Assembly: GCA_965262015.1 (NCBI GenBank)
Contig: OZ253494.1
Coordinates: 1,228,178 to 1,292,177 of the forward strand
DNA from: Leptospiria bacterium
GTDB taxonomy: Bacteria; Spirochaetota; Leptospiria; Turneriellales; CBDBES01
Direction of reading: 5' to 3'
DNA: 64,000 bases
The first letter of the stretch is position 1. Every line of letters begins with the position of its first letter. The notes beneath the pieces were generated by a model that did not search any database, had not been told where the DNA came from, and saw nothing but the letters and a program-made list of their open reading frames with translations. Shown here piece by piece: positions 38,461 to 49,092 of the stretch. A program made the translations under genes and the position numbers.

Positions 38461-39692
38461 TGGGATAATGTGTTCAAGCAATCCTCTATACGCTCAAGAC
38501 CTGTTTCAATATCTTCCATAGATGTTGCATAGCTAATACGAAATGCATTTTCCACGCCAAAATCTATACCAGGTACAACAGCCACGAGGTGTTTGCGTAA
38601 TAAAATTGCCGTAAATGCTTTGCTATTACTATCTTCACCAAGATCCTTTTTGTACTGCTGGAAACTCATAGAACTCGTAATCTTGCTTAGTAAAGAAGGG
38701 AAAACATAAAAAGCACCATTTGGTTTGACGCAACGTATCTGTCCCATTTCATTAAATCTCTGCATCACCTTGTCCCGTCTTTCTAAAAAAGTCTGGATAA
38801 ATATAGTTGTAATTTCATTGGAGTGAGCGAGTGCTGTTTCTCCTGCTTTTTGGACAAACGTAGTAGCACCAGATGTACTCTGTCCTTGCATTTTAGATAT
38901 AGCTTTAATGATTGCCTTGTTATGGCTTGCTGCATAACCCAGACGCCAACCTGTCATGGCAAATGCTTTAGAAAACCCATTGACGATTATTGTTCTAGGT
39001 AGTAGATCGCTGGCAACCATGGGTAAATTATAAAATTTTAAATCATCATATATACATTTTTCATAAATATCATCACTGATAATACATACCTGAGGGTATT
39101 TTTGTAATACTTTGGCCAATCCTTCTAATTCAGATTTTGTATAGACTACACCAGATGGATTAGAAGGTGAATTGATAACAAATACTTTTGTTTTAGATGT
39201 AAGAGATGTTTCTAATTGTTGGGGCTTGATTTTATAGTTATCTTCAAACGTAGTTTGAATAATCTTAGGCTTACCTTCAGCTAATAAAACCATATCATAA
39301 TAACTAACCCAATAAGGTGTAGAGAAGACAACTTCATCACCAGGATCAACAAGCACCATAAATAAATTATATAGAATTTGTTTTGCACCTACACCAACAT
39401 TAATCTGATCATCTGTATAGCTTAAACCATTATCTTGCTGTAATTTTTTGCAAATCATTTTTCGTAAAGACAGGAGACCTGGGACAGGTGAATATTTTGT
39501 GTAACCTTGTTGTAAGGCTTTATGGGCAGATTCTTTAATAACATTAGGAGTGTCAAAATCAGGCTCACCAGCACCAAAATTAATAATACTTTCACCCTCA
39601 TCTTTAAGCTTATTTGCCAAGGCGGTAATCGCTAAGGTACTAGACGGTTGTATAAGTCCAATACGATTAGATAGTTTTATATCTAATTGCAT
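38457..39692 (-). CDS. aspC: Class I PLP aminotransferase (aspartate aminotransferase-like)
   Basis: AGEPDFDTP, NSPSNPSG, SDDIYE, SKAFAMTGWRLG, GAFY; ATG at 39692. Confidence 0.85.
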   Translation of the reverse strand: MQLDIKLSNRIGLIQPSSTLAITALANKLKDEGESIINFGAGEPDFDTPNVIKESAHKALQQGYTKYSPVPGLLSLRKMICKKLQQDNGLSYTDDQINVGVGAKQILYNLFMVLVDPGDEVVFSTPYWVSYYDMVLLAEGKPKIIQTTFEDNYKIKPQQLETSLTSKTKVFVINSPSNPSGVVYTKSELEGLAKVLQKYPQVCIISDDIYEKCIYDDLKFYNLPMVASDLLPRTIIVNGFSKAFAMTGWRLGYAASHNKAIIKAISKMQGQSTSGATTFVQKAGETALAHSNEITTIFIQTFLERRDKVMQRFNEMGQIRCVKPNGAFYVFPSLLSKITSSMSFQQYKKDLGEDSNSKAFTAILLRKHLVAVVPGIDFGVENAFRISYATSMEDIETGLERIEDCLNTLSH

Positions 39693-39699
39693 AAATGAT

Positions 39700-40665
39700 T
39701 TATCCTTTTCTAGCATGTGGATGTGCTTGGTTAAAAACACGTTGTAACTTTTCAATAGCTACATAAGTATAGTTTTGTGTAGTTGAAATACTAGTGTGGC
39801 CTAACATCTCTTGGATATGTCTTAAATTAGCACCATGATTGAGCAAGTCAGTGGCAAAAGCATGTCGAAATGAATGAGGAGTATATTTTTTTGTAATTTG
39901 TTTTTGGTGCAAAGTTTTCTTGAGAAGATATTGTACACCACGGCGTGTTAAACGACCGCCTTGTTTATTAATAAACAAGGCACTTTCTTTGTGTTGAAGT
40001 ACTGTCATGTGTTGCGTACGAACAGATAAATAATGCTGTAAAACAACACGAGCATGTGATCCAATAAAAACAATACGTTGTTTATTCCCCTTTCCTGTTA
40101 CCTTAATAGTGTCTGCAATACTTTTTTCTGTGAGGGAGATATCTTGTATAATATCCAATGCATCCAGAGATAAGGCTTCTGAAATTCTCATTCCACTAGA
40201 ATATAATAAATGCCATAGAGCAGTATCCCTATAAACCAGAAAATTATTAGTATTTTTTACCGGGGAGTCTAATAACTTAGACATGTCAGCAGATACAATG
40301 GGCTTGGGTAAAGATCGTTTATATCGAGGCATAATAACATGATTGGCAGTTTGTGATTGGGTTAAACTCTCTTGGTAACAAAATTTATAAAATACTTTTA
40401 GAGAAGAGAGTAACCGAACCTGACTACGTTTACTAAGTTTTTTTGTATAATGCAAATGATACTGATAAGACGATAATGTGTCTTTATCAAGTTGCTCCCA
40501 TCCAACTTGATTAGTCTCCACAAAGTTAGCCCATATTTTTAGATCTGATGCATAGGCACTATATGTATTCTCTGCCCATCGATCACTCCCTTTGATAAAA
40601 TCTAAAAAGGCATCAATACAAGGGTCTATATCAGGAGACTGTTGCATGTTCTTGAGTTTCTTCAT
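39700..40665 (-). CDS. xerC: Tyrosine recombinase XerC/XerD
   Basis: LYSSGMRISE, GKGNKQR, HSFRHAFAT, LGH...TTQNY; downstream of topA. Confidence 0.88.
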   Translation of the reverse strand: MKKLKNMQQSPDIDPCIDAFLDFIKGSDRWAENTYSAYASDLKIWANFVETNQVGWEQLDKDTLSSYQYHLHYTKKLSKRSQVRLLSSLKVFYKFCYQESLTQSQTANHVIMPRYKRSLPKPIVSADMSKLLDSPVKNTNNFLVYRDTALWHLLYSSGMRISEALSLDALDIIQDISLTEKSIADTIKVTGKGNKQRIVFIGSHARVVLQHYLSVRTQHMTVLQHKESALFINKQGGRLTRRGVQYLLKKTLHQKQITKKYTPHSFRHAFATDLLNHGANLRHIQEMLGHTSISTTQNYTYVAIEKLQRVFNQAHPHARKG

Positions 40666-42745
40666 TCACTACAAAAGCACAGTCTGGATTACAGCATGTA
40701 TATGTAATACCCTTTTTAAGTACTTTTTCTGACATAATCAATTTACATTTTGGACAACTTTTATCTGATGGTTTTTCTAACATAATAAAATCACAACCCG
40801 TGCTGGAATAATTTGAACAACCATAAAATTTACGATTCTTTTTATTTTTCTTAGCTACAACCTTCCCGTCACACTTGGGACAATCTCCCATAGGGATGCT
40901 TTCAGCATAACGACAACCTTCAATAAATTTATCACAACCAATAAAAAAGCCATTTTTACCTAATTTCTTGTATAAATTCCCGTCTGTACAACCTGGACAT
41001 TTTCTGTCAAGATTGATACGAATAAGATCTCTTTGACTCTCCATGTTTTTGAAAGCATAATCAATATCATTTTGTAAGGGGCCAAAAAAATTCTGTAACA
41101 TTTTGCGCCAATCAGATTTACCCTGAGCAATAATATCTAATTTTTCTTCCATATCCGCTGTAAACTGTACATTAACAATATTAGCAAAATATTCACTTAA
41201 AAGCTTATTAACTATCATACCTAACCAAGTTGGTAATAATTGTCGCCCTTTCCGTTCAATATATGATCGAGAATCCAAGGTAGCAATGGTTGGCGAATAA
41301 GTTGCGGGTCGACCAATCCCTGATTCTTCCATAATCTTAATGAGAGAAGCTTCTGTATATCGGGCAGGTGGCTGTGTAAATTTTTGGTATTTAAAAAATT
41401 TATCCAGCGTAAGTTCTTCACCATGGGCAAGTTTCACAGGTTTTTGAGATTGTTTTTTGCTACTTCCCATCACAACTCTAAAACCAGGAAAAACCTCTCG
41501 ACTGTAAAAATGTTTGAATAGATATTGATTTTCTTTTCCATTAGTTACAACCTCTGTCGTAATCAATTGGTCCAGTGCATTAACCATTTGTGACGCAGCA
41601 AAACGATCCCATATAAGTTTATAGATTTTATACTGATCCGCACTAAGCGAAGCTTTAATTGATTGTGGTGTTCGTTTCATATCTGTTGGGCGAATGGCTT
41701 CATGTGCGTCTTGTGCTTGCTTAGAAGAACTATATATCCGTGGTTTTTCTGAGAGAAACTTGTGGCCTAAATTTTCACGAATATAATCTCTACACATTTT
41801 CATACCTGAATCAGAAATACGGGTGGAATCTGTACGAATATAAGTAACTAAACCAACACTACCTTGTTTAGAAAGATCAACACCTTCATACAATGATTGG
41901 GCTATAGACATGGTACGCCTTACACGAAAATTAACCCTGGTAGAAGCTTCTTGTTGCAATTTACTAGTTGTATAAGGAGATGATGGTTTGGTAGACCTCT
42001 CGGTGGTTTTGATGCTAGACACACGAAAACTACTACCCTTAATTTCCTCTTCTATCATTTTCATTTCTTTGTCATTGGGAATTTCACATTTTTTATTATT
42101 TTTTTTAACAAGTTGGAAAAGAAAAGAATCGTCTAGAGTTTGCTTTTTGTCAAAAAAAGTAGCTTCAGCTTCCCAGTACTCTCTTGGTAAAAAAGCCTGT
42201 ATCTCACTTTCTCTATCACATAAAATTTTAAGCACAGCTGATTGTACCCGCCCAGCAGAAAACCTTTTAGAACCAAACTTATCTTGTAAGACTGGTGAAA
42301 CACTATAACCAACCAATCTGTCTAACAAACGCCTAGCTTGCTGAGAATTTATCTTTGCTTCATCCAATTTTCTAGGATGTGCAATGGCATATAAGACTGC
42401 TTCCTTGGTAATTTCGTTAAATTCAATACGGGATATATTATCATTGTAAGCAGATAGAACACGAAATAGATGCCAGCTGATTGCTTCGCCTTCTCTATCA
42501 GGATCTGTCGCTAGTAAAATTCTTTCTACTTTTTTTGCTGACTTTTTAAGATCAGCAAGAGTAGGTCCTTTACCTCGAATAGTTACATAGCTAGGCTCAA
42601 AATTATCTTCAATATCAATCCCCATTCTACTTTTAGGTAAATCTATAAGGTGTCCTTTGGAAGATTTGATTTGATAATTCTTATTAAGAAAGTGAGACAA
42701 ACTACGGATTTTTGTTGGTGACTCTACAATAATTAACGTTTTCAT
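40631..42745 (-). CDS. topA: DNA topoisomerase I with C-terminal Zn ribbons
   Basis: IVESPTK, DPDREGE, SAGRVQS, TYIRTDS, GIGRPATY. Confidence 0.97.
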   Translation of the reverse strand: MKTLIIVESPTKIRSLSHFLNKNYQIKSSKGHLIDLPKSRMGIDIEDNFEPSYVTIRGKGPTLADLKKSAKKVERILLATDPDREGEAISWHLFRVLSAYNDNISRIEFNEITKEAVLYAIAHPRKLDEAKINSQQARRLLDRLVGYSVSPVLQDKFGSKRFSAGRVQSAVLKILCDRESEIQAFLPREYWEAEATFFDKKQTLDDSFLFQLVKKNNKKCEIPNDKEMKMIEEEIKGSSFRVSSIKTTERSTKPSSPYTTSKLQQEASTRVNFRVRRTMSIAQSLYEGVDLSKQGSVGLVTYIRTDSTRISDSGMKMCRDYIRENLGHKFLSEKPRIYSSSKQAQDAHEAIRPTDMKRTPQSIKASLSADQYKIYKLIWDRFAASQMVNALDQLITTEVVTNGKENQYLFKHFYSREVFPGFRVVMGSSKKQSQKPVKLAHGEELTLDKFFKYQKFTQPPARYTEASLIKIMEESGIGRPATYSPTIATLDSRSYIERKGRQLLPTWLGMIVNKLLSEYFANIVNVQFTADMEEKLDIIAQGKSDWRKMLQNFFGPLQNDIDYAFKNMESQRDLIRINLDRKCPGCTDGNLYKKLGKNGFFIGCDKFIEGCRYAESIPMGDCPKCDGKVVAKKNKKNRKFYGCSNYSSTGCDFIMLEKPSDKSCPKCKLIMSEKVLKKGITYTCCNPDCAFVVNEETQEHATVS

Positions 42746-42748
42746 TTT

Positions 42749-43807
42749 CTAACCTATCTTTAAAAACTTATATAATCTCTTTTCATGAGGATTAACTTGC
42801 CAGAATAACTTCTTGGTATTAAGCTTATTCTCGTCGTTGGTAATGGCTACCATTAATTCAGAATCTACTAAAAACTCTGATGTTTGTGTTTTATTAAGCA
42901 TCATATGAGCAATACGTAGACCCTCAAAGCCATTTTCAAGAGGTACTTGAATGCCTACTCCCTTAACACCCCTAAAATCACTAGCGATGAGCATATCCGT
43001 ATGCAAAATATGCTTTAGCCAAGCAACAAAATCTTTTGAGAACAGATAGCCACGCACATAATGATGACCTAACTCAAGATACACAAATTTATTGGTTGGT
43101 AGAGCAATACTGTTTAAGAATAGCTTACCCCCGCTAGCCTGGGGCTTGAGTATAACAAATGCAACCAAACCTATACCATTATTTAACCGATAAATCATTC
43201 TCAAGCCCCAAAAAAGTACCCATGCTAGTGATAATGTCAGACAATAAAAAAATAAATATGTTACAAGTTGGTTTTTATTATGTGCTACTAACATATTATC
43301 TAAGTCTGCCTTGTGACTCTGCATATTATATTCCCAGGCTACCAGGCTATTACTGTGGGAAGCATGGCAAATCAAACAGGGTTTTTGAATATTCTCTAAG
43401 AAATAAACTTTTTTATCTTGAGGTAGAAATGAATACTCCAAGGCAGTGCTATTTTGCGATTGGCTTGCTTCTTCTAAAAAACTAAACCGCATGGGCACAC
43501 AACGTTTATGGCCAACTAATCCAATCTCTTGTTTTTTATGTAGTGTTTTACAATTCAAAGCCATACGCCATAAATAAACATCATCATGCCCAGAAGAAAG
43601 CTTAATATTAGTAACAAAGTTTCTTTGAGAGGCTAAGGACAACTCAATCTGGTAATTAATATTCTGTATATAAACATGAAAATAATAAACAACTAACACT
43701 ACCACCACGCATAGTGATAGGAACATACACAATAATAAGACTTTATAAGACCAAAGAAAGGGATGTCGATAGATACGATTCAGGATAAGATAAGGACTAG
43801 GTAACAT
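42749..43807 (-). CDS. Two-TM membrane protein with a periplasmic CXXCH (heme c) domain and a cytoplasmic domain of uncertain function
   Basis: TM, then CLICH (43364-43378), then TM, then cytoplasmic tail. Confidence 0.55.
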   Translation of the reverse strand: MLPSPYLILNRIYRHPFLWSYKVLLLCMFLSLCVVVVLVVYYFHVYIQNINYQIELSLASQRNFVTNIKLSSGHDDVYLWRMALNCKTLHKKQEIGLVGHKRCVPMRFSFLEEASQSQNSTALEYSFLPQDKKVYFLENIQKPCLICHASHSNSLVAWEYNMQSHKADLDNMLVAHNKNQLVTYLFFYCLTLSLAWVLFWGLRMIYRLNNGIGLVAFVILKPQASGGKLFLNSIALPTNKFVYLELGHHYVRGYLFSKDFVAWLKHILHTDMLIASDFRGVKGVGIQVPLENGFEGLRIAHMMLNKTQTSEFLVDSELMVAITNDENKLNTKKLFWQVNPHEKRLYKFLKIG

Positions 43808-43811
43808 TCTG

Positions 43812-44909
43812 TCAATATCCTAGAAAAATATTTAAATTATTAGCCTGTGTATTTTTATATAACTTATCAATAGTATTTTTTTCTATTTGCCGAACAGATT
43901 CTTTGGACATACAAAATTTTTTACCAAGGCGAGCAAGAGATAGAATGGGGTAACCATCAATACCATACCTATGCTTAATAATTTCTCTTTCCGTAAAAGT
44001 TAACTCCTCTAATAATTCATGAATGGCCTCAACAATAGCATTGCTAAATACTATTGCTTCGGGATTATCATTTGCTTGCGTAGCAAAATTTCTTATTTCT
44101 TTATATGCAACTTTATAAGACAAGGACCCATTGTCTGAATGCTCTAATAGGCTATCCAGAGGTACATAACTAAAGGCAAGCTGGTGTATTTTTTCAATTT
44201 CGGATGGATCCGCCACTAAGTCTTCAGCAATTTCATGACTTGTTGGTGAGCGATGTAATTTAGCTTCTAATTCTTCTTGAGACTTATTAATCCTTCGTAG
44301 AGTCATCCGACGATTGATAGGCAATCTAATGAGAGAAGAACGTTGGTTGATTAGTAACATGATAGCTTGCCTAACCCACCATATCGCATAACTGATGAAA
44401 GAATAATTTTTTGTGGGATCAAATTTGTCTAATGCCTTAATAAGACCAATATTCCCTTCATTAACTAAATCTAAAAAACTTAGACCATACACTTTGTATT
44501 TTCTAGCAAAGATAACAACAAAACGCAAATTTGCATAAATAAGACGTTTCCTAGCTTCGGGATCACCTTGAATAGCTTTCATGCTGATCTGCATTTCTTC
44601 TTGCCTAGAGCGAATGGGAGGTATTTGATTAAGTTGTTTTATATACCAGGAGCACTCTGGATCTGAATCACGTATTAAGGCAGATTTATGCTCAGGAATT
44701 GGTGATAATAAATTACTATTAATCTCATTCTGTAGATTAATCTCATCCACAGAAAGTTCGAGAGATTTAGAAATCTGATAATTTCGAAACTGCCGTAATC
44801 GACGCATTTTTTTAATATTAATGGCACGATTAATAACAGCCTGAGTATATTGCTCTCGTTTTTTTTTAGTTCCAGTGGACGATTTACTAATATTGTAATC
44901 TCTTGGCAC
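43812..44909 (-). CDS. sigma-70 family RNA polymerase sigma factor (RpoD/RpoS-like, regions 1.2-4)
   Basis: ANLRFVV, DLVNEGNIGLIKA.DKFD, SYAIWWVRQAI, IRLP, ESVRQIE. Confidence 0.9.
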   Translation of the reverse strand: MPRDYNISKSSTGTKKKREQYTQAVINRAINIKKMRRLRQFRNYQISKSLELSVDEINLQNEINSNLLSPIPEHKSALIRDSDPECSWYIKQLNQIPPIRSRQEEMQISMKAIQGDPEARKRLIYANLRFVVIFARKYKVYGLSFLDLVNEGNIGLIKALDKFDPTKNYSFISYAIWWVRQAIMLLINQRSSLIRLPINRRMTLRRINKSQEELEAKLHRSPTSHEIAEDLVADPSEIEKIHQLAFSYVPLDSLLEHSDNGSLSYKVAYKEIRNFATQANDNPEAIVFSNAIVEAIHELLEELTFTEREIIKHRYGIDGYPILSLARLGKKFCMSKESVRQIEKNTIDKLYKNTQANNLNIFLGY

Positions 44910-46408
44910 TATATATTTGGCTTTAAAGTGGGGAATAATATTACATCTTTAATAGAAGATTGATTCGCAAAAAGCATAATAATACGATCAATGCCCATAC
45001 CAAGCCCACCAGTGGGAGGCATACCTATAGCCAACGCATTAACAAAATCCATATCTGCATTCATGGCTTCGTCCGAACCAAGGGAGTGCATCGCCTTCTG
45101 GGAAGCAAACCTTTTTTCCTGCTCTATTGGATCATTTAATTCACTAAATGCATTACCAATTTCTTGGCCAACAATATAGAGCTCAAAGCGCTCAACTAAA
45201 CCTTTTTCATCTGGGCATTCCTTAGCTAAGGGCGAAATAGCTTTAGGAAAATGTGTTATAAATGTAGGTTGTATGAGTGTTGGCTCCACATACTTCGAAA
45301 ATACCTTATCCACAACATCCCCGAAGGTATGACAAGACTCAAGCAATAACTTGGAAAGGGGTTTTACCATACATTTAATTTCTTCCATATCTGGGAATTC
45401 CATAGTAACAAATACAGAAAAATCTAAACCTGTCGCCTCATGAATAGCTTCAAGATAACGTTTTCGAGGCCATTCCTTCTGGAAAATAATTGTATGATCG
45501 CCATACGGCACACTATACGAGTGCATTACCTCCGTGCAAATATAACTAAAAAGATTTTCCACCAAAGACATCATATCCCTATAGTCAGCATAGGCTTGGT
45601 ATAATTCTACCATTGTAAACTCTGGATTATGTTTTGTACTGATACCTTCATTCCTAAAGTTACGATTCATTTCAAATACTTTTTCAAACCCCCCTACTAT
45701 CAACCTTTTTAAATATAACTCAGGTGCTATACGTAAATATAAAGGCATGTTTAGGGCATTATGATATGTCTCGAAAGGCTTTGCGGAAGCACCAGAAGCA
45801 ATAGCTTGCATCATAGGTGTCTCAACCTCTAAAAACTTTCTATCAATAAAAAAAGTTCTTATACACTGGGTAATGTTAGAACGTAAAATAAAAATATCTC
45901 GTACAGCAGGGTTAACCAGTAGATCAACATATCGCTTACGGTAACGACTTTCTATATCTTTAAATATATCATAAACTACCCCTTCTTTTTCTTTGACAAT
46001 AGGCAAGCTAGATAGGTTTTTAGATAATAATTGGATGTGCTGTGCTCGTATAGAGGCCTCACCTGTTTTTGTATAAAAAGGTTCTCCGTTAACACCAATG
46101 ATATCACCAATATCTAGTTGCTGAAAAACAAAATAATCTTTCTTAGATAATAATTTATCGTTTGTATATATCTGTATCTGTCCACTTGCATCACAAATAT
46201 GCACAAAGCCTGCCTTGCCCATTGGTCTTTTATGCATGACACGTCCAGCAGTTTGAACATTATCAACATCTTTAACCTCTTGCCCAATAAAATGAGTACT
46301 TAAAATATATTCAATGGTATCTTTTCTATGATAGTGGTTAGGATATGGGTTAATACCTTCCTGGTAGAGTTGTTCTATTTTATCTTGCCTATTACGCTCT
46401 ATATCCAT
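44909..46408 (-). CDS. lysS: Lysine--tRNA ligase (class II)
   Basis: RYRKRYVDL, LRIAPELYLKRL, FRNEG, HNPEFT, PPTGGLGMGIDR. Confidence 0.98.
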   Translation of the reverse strand: MDIERNRQDKIEQLYQEGINPYPNHYHRKDTIEYILSTHFIGQEVKDVDNVQTAGRVMHKRPMGKAGFVHICDASGQIQIYTNDKLLSKKDYFVFQQLDIGDIIGVNGEPFYTKTGEASIRAQHIQLLSKNLSSLPIVKEKEGVVYDIFKDIESRYRKRYVDLLVNPAVRDIFILRSNITQCIRTFFIDRKFLEVETPMMQAIASGASAKPFETYHNALNMPLYLRIAPELYLKRLIVGGFEKVFEMNRNFRNEGISTKHNPEFTMVELYQAYADYRDMMSLVENLFSYICTEVMHSYSVPYGDHTIIFQKEWPRKRYLEAIHEATGLDFSVFVTMEFPDMEEIKCMVKPLSKLLLESCHTFGDVVDKVFSKYVEPTLIQPTFITHFPKAISPLAKECPDEKGLVERFELYIVGQEIGNAFSELNDPIEQEKRFASQKAMHSLGSDEAMNADMDFVNALAIGMPPTGGLGMGIDRIIMLFANQSSIKDVILFPTLKPNI

Positions 46409-46409
46409 A

Positions 46410-47456
46410 TTAGATAAATAAACCAGACTCTTGTATGGACCCCGATGTGGTAATATTTAAGTGCTGCAAAGCTAAATTGGTTAATACACGCCCACGTGAT
46501 GTACGTTTTACCAAGCCTAGTTGCACCAGAAAAGGTTCCACAAAATCTTCTAATGTAATCTCATCTTCAGCAAGCATAGAGGCAATGGGCTTAATCCCTG
46601 TGGGGCCTCCTTGGTAACTCTCTGCCAAGGTTGTTAAAAAAGCACGGTCTAAGGTTGTTAATCCAAGAGTATCAATATGCATCTTGTGCAGACTACGAGA
46701 TACAATAGCAGACGTAATGCTCACAGATGATGTGCTACCTCTCTTTGCTTCTACAATCGCATGATCCCATATTCTACGTAATAGACGTATAGCGATTCTA
46801 GGTGTACGACGACTTCTCGTAGCAATCATAGATACTGCTTCATCATCTATAGAAACATTCCAGATCTTAGCCGTTCTTTGCAAAACACGTTGTAGCTCTT
46901 CGTTATCATAGTAATCAAGAGTAAAATGAATACCAAAACGATCCCGTAAAGGTGCGGTTAATAAGCCTGCTCGAGTAGTGGCACCAACTAAAGTAAAAGG
47001 AGGCAATGTTAATTTAATCGTAGAAGCAGAACTATGGTCCACTAATGAAATATCAACAGTGCCGTCTTCCATTGCTGAATATAATACCTCTTCTACTGGG
47101 ACGGGTAGACGATGTATTTCATCAATGAAAAAAGTATCATGAGCTTCGATGTTCATTAATAATTTAATAATATCGCCTGGCCTTTTGATGTTAGGAGCAG
47201 CTAGTTGATAAAAGTTCCCTTCTTGTACTTGATTAATAATCCTGGCCAATGTAGTTTTTCCTAGGCCGGGAGGCCCTGAAAATAAAATATGATCTATTAC
47301 CTCATTCCTTAATTTTGCGGCCTCAATATATATCTCTAGATTATCAACAATTTTTTTCTGGCCTATAAACTCTGATAAGGATGAGGGCCTAACACAAAGT
47401 TCATCTTTTTTGTCACCTTTAACAATAAGACTTAGATTATGATCTGTACTAAGCAT
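46410..47456 (-). CDS. ruvB: Holliday junction branch migration helicase RuvB
   Basis: GPPGLGKTT, FIDEIHR, GATTR, LRDRFG, TPRIA. Confidence 0.97.
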   Translation of the reverse strand: MLSTDHNLSLIVKGDKKDELCVRPSSLSEFIGQKKIVDNLEIYIEAAKLRNEVIDHILFSGPPGLGKTTLARIINQVQEGNFYQLAAPNIKRPGDIIKLLMNIEAHDTFFIDEIHRLPVPVEEVLYSAMEDGTVDISLVDHSSASTIKLTLPPFTLVGATTRAGLLTAPLRDRFGIHFTLDYYDNEELQRVLQRTAKIWNVSIDDEAVSMIATRSRRTPRIAIRLLRRIWDHAIVEAKRGSTSSVSITSAIVSRSLHKMHIDTLGLTTLDRAFLTTLAESYQGGPTGIKPIASMLAEDEITLEDFVEPFLVQLGLVKRTSRGRVLTNLALQHLNITTSGSIQESGLFI

Positions 47457-47835
47457 TTTGATTCTCTAAAATAACCATAGCTGTAGATAAATCTTTAATA
47501 TGTGAAATACTAAACCAAACATGTGTAACAGATAATTGCATACAGGTTTGTTTGATCTCTCCAACTACACAAATACTCTTTTTACCATGACTACCTTTCA
47601 AATAAATTTCTTTGTAAGAAACTCCTGGATTATTACGAGAAAAACCACATGCCTTAACAACAGCCTCTTTAAGAGCAAAACGTGCACTTAAGTAGGGGAT
47701 TGGATTTTTTTTACTCAAACAATACTCCAATTCTGATTCAGCATATACACGCTCCAAAAAAGCATCTCTATACTGATTATACAAATTAGCCACGCGCATG
47801 TTGTCACAAATATCTGTTCCTAAACCAATAATCAT
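47449..47835 (-). CDS. acpS: Holo-ACP synthase
   Basis: GLGTDI, ARFALKEA.VKA, SISH; ATG at 47835. Confidence 0.93.
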   Translation of the reverse strand: MIIGLGTDICDNMRVANLYNQYRDAFLERVYAESELEYCLSKKNPIPYLSARFALKEAVVKACGFSRNNPGVSYKEIYLKGSHGKKSICVVGEIKQTCMQLSVTHVWFSISHIKDLSTAMVILENQNA

Positions 47836-47886
47836 ATATTTCGCATAAATACCCAAGATGAAACCTGGAACGCTTCAATATCTTGT

Positions 47887-49092
47887 TCATTGTATTTGTA
47901 AAGTTTTTTCTACACTACTAGATTGTCTCTCAATAGAATTAGGAAGTCTATCTTTCTTTTGGGGTGATGTAATAAGCTCAAAGTCATCTTTAGTATTTTG
48001 AATATTCTCTTCACTCGCAGTATCAACAGAAAATACCTCCGAACCGGATGGCTCTGCTGTACGAGTTTTATAGACTTCCGGTATATCTTTTGTAGCGATG
48101 CCAGAGGGGGTAACCGTCTCTTTAATAAGATGTAGACTAATTGCCACATCAGAAGGTAAAACTTCTACAATCATTACTTGTTCTTTAAATGCAGTAATTA
48201 ATGGAGAAATTGGAACACTCATAGGTGAATTCAACTGCCCTATGTAATTCTCTGGAGTCTTCTCGTTATAATCAAACCAATCCAGATTAACAACAGCCTT
48301 AAAAAGATTTGAGTTAAGCTGTTCTAATATTTTAGGGTCACCACGTACAATAAAATCCACCTTAGTATTACCTAGTTTAGTATAAATTTTTGGATGTAGA
48401 TTAGTTACTTGTATGGATATATCATTGAATTTTCGCTCATTTGTTATGTCTTTTTTAAGAATATCCATTTCTACTTCTACACTTTGTGTAGCAAGTCTGA
48501 TCATTGGATGAGGAGATAGCAAAGCTAACTGAGTTGTTATTTTTTTAGTGACTTTGGTTATATTCAAAGGTTTGGACAAGATCTTTATTTGTTTACTAAA
48601 ATGGTTTTTGGTACCAAAACATAATATCTTATGTGGTTTAACCTCTAATCGCCCCTGCCGGTAGCCTTCAGCAATATTGCCTTTGAAGGGTACTTTCACC
48701 CATAAATATGTTTGAAATATTTTGTCTAGATGCACACTAATTTTGTCTTTGTAGCTGATAGTAATGCTATCAGGGAACAAACTCGTGCTTAAGGTTAAAG
48801 GATAATCATGTACACCAATACTACCACTTGATAGATCAACCTTACCTTGTAAGCTTGATGTAGAAAATGTTAAATCTTGTTTTCTACCTCGTATGGTAAC
48901 CTTGGTAAAGACAGAAGGCCTAATCACATATGCTAATTCATTAGGTATATTTACATATGAAACAGGGACATTTAGTATTACAGTATCATATTTAGAAATA
49001 TGTACATATGACCATAGCACAACAGCAAAACAAAAGGCTATAACTTTCCCTTGCCAATTATCACGAATCATACCAAGTATATACTTACTCAT
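47887..49092 (-). CDS. cdaR: YbbR/CdaR-like regulator of diadenylate cyclase
   Basis: NWQGK...AVVLW N-terminal TM, YbbR-like beta repeats; directly after cdaA. Confidence 0.8.
   Translation of the reverse strand: MSKYILGMIRDNWQGKVIAFCFAVVLWSYVHISKYDTVILNVPVSYVNIPNELAYVIRPSVFTKVTIRGRKQDLTFSTSSLQGKVDLSSGSIGVHDYPLTLSTSLFPDSITISYKDKISVHLDKIFQTYLWVKVPFKGNIAEGYRQGRLEVKPHKILCFGTKNHFSKQIKILSKPLNITKVTKKITTQLALLSPHPMIRLATQSVEVEMDILKKDITNERKFNDISIQVTNLHPKIYTKLGNTKVDFIVRGDPKILEQLNSNLFKAVVNLDWFDYNEKTPENYIGQLNSPMSVPISPLITAFKEQVMIVEVLPSDVAISLHLIKETVTPSGIATKDIPEVYKTRTAEPSGSEVFSVDTASEENIQNTKDDFELITSPQKKDRLPNSIERQSSSVEKTLQIQ

Noticed and set aside
39700-40665. Tyrosine recombinase as a prophage or integron integrase
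   Set aside because: Sits in the housekeeping topA-xerC context, has no IntI-type insertion, and has no phage genes or attC array nearby.
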